From: the human T2T-CHM13v2.0 reference genome, Homo sapiens
Assembly (NCBI RefSeq): GCF_009914755.1
Contig: NC_060934.1
Strand: one strand, 5' to 3'
Length of the DNA: 64,000 nucleotides
Below the pieces are notes generated by a model. The model saw nothing but the letters and a program-made list of their open reading frames with translations, was not told the DNA's origin and ran no database searches. The translations under genes and the position numbers were made by a program. Below, piece by piece: positions 61,301 to 64,000 of the stretch. The stretch's first letter is position 1, and every line of letters starts with the position of its first letter.

Positions 61301-62114
61301 GTTTGTTATCCAAAAAAAGAAAAACATTCTCATTCTCTATGCATCCATTTTCTAACCTGTAAAATGGGAATTTAAAAGGGGACTACATCACAGGATTGTT
61401 TTGAGGATTAAATAACAGAATAAACATAAGGAGCTTAAAACAATGCTTAATGCATAGAAGCCACTCAAACAAGTTTGTTCTGATTTTTTTTCCCCTAAGA
61501 AAATAGTAACTCCAATTCCCACAGAAAGACTTCCCAAAACAAAAGTACCAATAAGTCTGAAAATAAATGCAAGACCTGAGGAGGAATCATTGCTGTTTTC
61601 TAAAACCAGTGATAGACAGGCTATCTTAGAGACCGGAGGTTCTTGCTTTACATTCATTTTCTGAGGTCAGGAAGTAAAAAGGAACATGGGTGAACAGGCA
61701 CTGGTGAGATGAGGAAGAAAGAACAGGAACATCTCAGTTGCTAGTTTCTGTTTTCACCATGAAAATCATTTTAAAGCCCTGCCTAGAATTTAAATAGCAT
61801 CATCCCTGGAGATAGCTGTTTTAGTTTCATTACAGTCTGTGTTCGTAGAGTACAAATAGAAACCTTCGTGATTTTATTAGTTTCCATGCAACTTAGGAGA
61901 GATTTGCATGATAACATTTCATCTCCTGACTTTAAAAAGGGACCAATTAAAAATACAGCACTTGCATTGCCTGTCACGGGAAAATGAAAAGGTTCACAGA
62001 GTTTTAAAAACCTCTGCCATATCTAGTCCATGGTCATAAATCAAGTATTCAGTACTACGGTGGCAATCACTATTGTCTAAATTTTTAGTTTATTTTGTAA
62101 GAAGTACTTGGAAC

Positions 62115-62424
62115 AGCTGGGTGCAGTGGCTCACACCTGTAATCCCAGCACTCTGGGAGGCCGAGGCAGGTGGAGTACTTGAGATCAGGAGTTCAAGACC
62201 AGCCTGGCCAACACGGTAAAACCCCATCTCTACTAAAAATACAAAAAAAAAAAATTAGCTGTTCATGATGGTGCATGTCTGTAATCCCAGTTACGTGGGA
62301 GGCTGAGGCAGGAGAATTGCTTGAACCCAGGAGACAAAGGTTGAGGTGAGCCGAGATCGTGACACTGCACCCTAGCCTGGACGACAGACCAAGACTCCGT
62401 CTCAAAAAAAAAAAAAGAAAGAAA
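62115..62424 (+). mobile_element. AluSx/Sz
   Basis: Full dimer with an A/GAAA tail. Confidence 0.93.
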
Positions 62425-63812
62425 GAATATTTGCAGGATGTTTGCACCCCTGAAAAGAGTTAAACTATAGTACAGAAGAAACAAAATGTACAAGTAAGTA
62501 TTTTTGCCTGGATTGCAGCAAGTCCTACACAATTACCAACACCCCAAAGCTACCTGGTACTCTGTGGATTTGTGAAGTGTTAATGTAATGTATCTGTGAC
62601 AAGTTAAAATTTAATGCATGGCTCCGGTAGCATAATCGAATCGATGTTATGTAACCTAAGAGAACTATTCCAGTAAGTTCTGATGTGCTGGCTGCTTACG
62701 GTTCAGGGGGAGTTTTTTTCGGAGGTTACTGAGTATTTAGGAATCATCCCTTCAGACACTTGCTCTTTTGCCACAGAAGCTGCAGTTATCTTATCCCTGC
62801 TTTCGGCAGCTGGAATGCTCCGTGGAACAGGGCTGAGATGAACGTTCTATCTCCAAGGCTGCGTTTTGGGGCAAGTTAAGGAAAAGGATCAAAGTAAGTT
62901 GATTTGCATGACCTTCTCTTTAATCAGATGTTTCTTTTTATGTTCAACCTCAACAAAGCCAGCCTATCATAGCACACTATTTATAGTCTATAATCTAAGA
63001 TGTTCTGAACCATTCCCCCACACCAAAAATTAAAATTAAAACCTCAATAGTGGTGTGGCTATATCATTAGAAGTAATAGTAGAGTCACAAAAACCTATTT
63101 CTGAGACTTTTTTTTTAAATGACAGGTTTGATGGTATTTCCAATGGGGCCTGTGTCCCTAGATTGTAATTCTTAAATATGTCATCAAAGTCAATATTGAA
63201 GTTCTGGGGACAAGTCAATCAAATTTCACTCTTGTGTTTTATAGTAGAACAAGAACTTCTCCCTGGATTCACTGCCCTCAATAACTTAATCTTTGGTTCT
63301 TTATCAGGTAAAAATGATAGTTTTAAAATCTGACTTAAGAAATGGCTTTATATTGAAATCATGAAATCAGAGAATTTGTTATATGCATGAGAAAACTAAG
63401 GCCTGGAGCCTATGACTTGTCTAAGACACTGTAGCTAGTCACTTGTCATATGTCAAAATCAAAAATCCGGCGCTCCCTTAACTTCACTCTAAGAGTAGAC
63501 ACCATTAAACCAGACCCCACAGGCAGAAAGAGGGTTGTTCTCTTCATTTGTCTGCTCTCAATGTGGGCAGGGCCTACATCAAAGTCAGCCTGGGTGCTTC
63601 TAGAGGGGCTGCAATCTTTAGAGGAAGAATATCAGCTGCCCACCGAGAAAACAAGAACGCCACCGTAAAGAACATGTCAGGGAAGGAAATGTGCCCAAAG
63701 ATAATGCTGGTCATCTCCTGGAGGGGGAATTTGGAGGAATGTTTTTCCCTTTTCTCAAATGTTTATTTATAATTGTGGTGAAATACACAGAAGACAAAAA
63801 TGTACCATCTTA

Positions 63813-64000
63813 GGCTGGGCACAGTGGCTCACGCCTGTAATCCCAGCACTTTGGGAGGCTGAGGCGGGCGGATCACGAGATCAGGAGATCCAGACCATGG
63901 TGAAACCCCGTCTCTACTAAAAATACAAAAAGTTAGCTGGGCGTGGTGGTGGGCGCCTGTAGTCCCAGCTACTCCGGAGGCTGAGGCAGGAGAATGGCTT
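63813..64000 (+). mobile_element. AluY/Sc-like, cut by the window end
   Basis: GGATCACGAGATCAGGAGATC; small deletion before ATGGTGAAACC. Confidence 0.9.

Overview
Primate (almost certainly human) euchromatic genomic DNA. It is repeat-rich, and I recognise no host protein-coding exon. Contents: about 19 Alu copies; a 5'-truncated young L1 (L1PA3-like, 6666-9494) inserted into the middle of an AluJ, with an 18-bp TSD, an uninterrupted 859-codon ORF2 remnant and a 19-nt 3' transduction tag; a solo LTR12C (ERV9) on the minus strand with a 4-bp TSD; a tailless 5S rRNA retropseudogene; several older L1M, MLT1, MER, MIR and L2 fragments; and microsatellites. Nearly all L1/MaLR fragments point to the + strand, which suggests (inference) a long intron of a minus-strand gene; I cannot name the locus from sequence alone. 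I found no well-supported new biological system. The most interesting leads are: (i) a frame-preserving GT-AG spliced + strand ORF of 167 aa (17794-18133 joined to 20789-20952), built from ancient repeats and surrounded by inverted Alus; (ii) an LTR12C that has lost both AATAAA motifs; (iii) three TSD-flanked, 3'-truncated retrocopies; (iv) a double perfect hairpin scar; (v) a few motif-dense unique segments. Repeat subfamily names come from my recollection of consensus sequences, and old-repeat boundaries are approximate.
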